From: Candidatus Kuenenia sp.
GTDB lineage: Bacteria; Planctomycetota; Planctomycetia; Planctomycetales; Planctomycetaceae
Reading direction: 5' to 3'
Assembly (NCBI GenBank): GCA_043722015.1
Contig: JAYSPO010001114.1
Coordinates: 1 to 34,660, forward strand
Length of the DNA: 34,660 nt
Under the pieces are notes generated by a model that ran no database searches, was not told where the DNA came from, and saw only the letters and a list, made by a program, of their open reading frames with translations. A program made the position numbers and the translations under genes. The first letter of the stretch is position 1, and each line of letters begins with the position of its first letter. This document shows positions 34,433-34,660 of the stretch, piece by piece.

Positions 34433-34660
34433 TGGACTTAAATTGGGATAATCTTCCAGCCTGTCATGTTTGCCAAAGAGCGTTTGTTTCCATTCAGCGA
34501 TGGCAAGCTCGAAGCTCACCCCACGTAAAACTGTCGACTAAATCAACAGACCGCTACTTCGACTGTCCCAGATTCAGCTATGCGACCCCATCCAGCTCGC
34601 CTGGATGGTGAAGTAGATGGAGAGCTAGCCGTGCAACATCCCACGACCCCACCCATTCTT

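Noticed and set aside
1-34660. Search for CRISPR arrays, tRNA, rRNA, tmRNA and RNase P signatures
   Set aside because: There are no regularly spaced direct repeats. The palindromic repeats found are isolated inverted pairs. I saw no GTTCRANYC T-loop context, no rRNA-like conserved blocks and no tmRNA or RNase P hallmark strings on either strand.

Overview
Moderately GC-rich bacterial chromosomal window. Its gene content points to Planctomycetota: a DUF1559 protein with a prepilin-type N-terminus, a tandem-DUF1080 protein, a sulfatase, an NHL propeller, several TPR proteins and a giant Ser/Thr kinase. I support about 22 protein-coding loci and saw no rRNA, tRNA or CRISPR array. Many long ORFs in the track are antisense shadows of real genes, and several listed starts are TTG/GTG extensions where a downstream ATG fits better. 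Main points: (1) The operon-like pair at 11119-15690 encodes a Rad50/SbcC/YhaN-like coiled-coil ATPase with a roughly 450-aa C-terminal extension of two HhH (DUF4332-like) modules. Its partner is an SbcD/YhaO-like protein in which all three N-terminal metallophosphoesterase motifs are substituted. This is my best candidate for an undescribed system. (2) A TPR-AAA+ (Cdc48/FtsH-class) ATPase is translationally coupled through an ATGA overlap to a TPR polytopic membrane protein (5538-8284). (3) A KAP-like P-loop NTPase has a two-helix membrane hairpin inserted between Walker A and Walker B (17510-19045). (4) A single-module, fully reducing type I PKS (KS-AT-DH-ER-KR-ACP-TE) has a KS domain that lost about 90 aa, including the catalytic Cys, and changes frame at 23088-23094. 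(5) The convergent 1360-aa kinase-STAND-TPR gene is frameshifted, and a Tn5-like transposase relic lies upstream of the PKS. Together with a sulfatase ending at a premature TAG and a 5'-truncated DUF1264 gene, this suggests gene decay or assembly errors. (6) Several intergenic regions hold long nested palindromic, foldback or MITE-like elements, some sharing CGTTTAAC termini.
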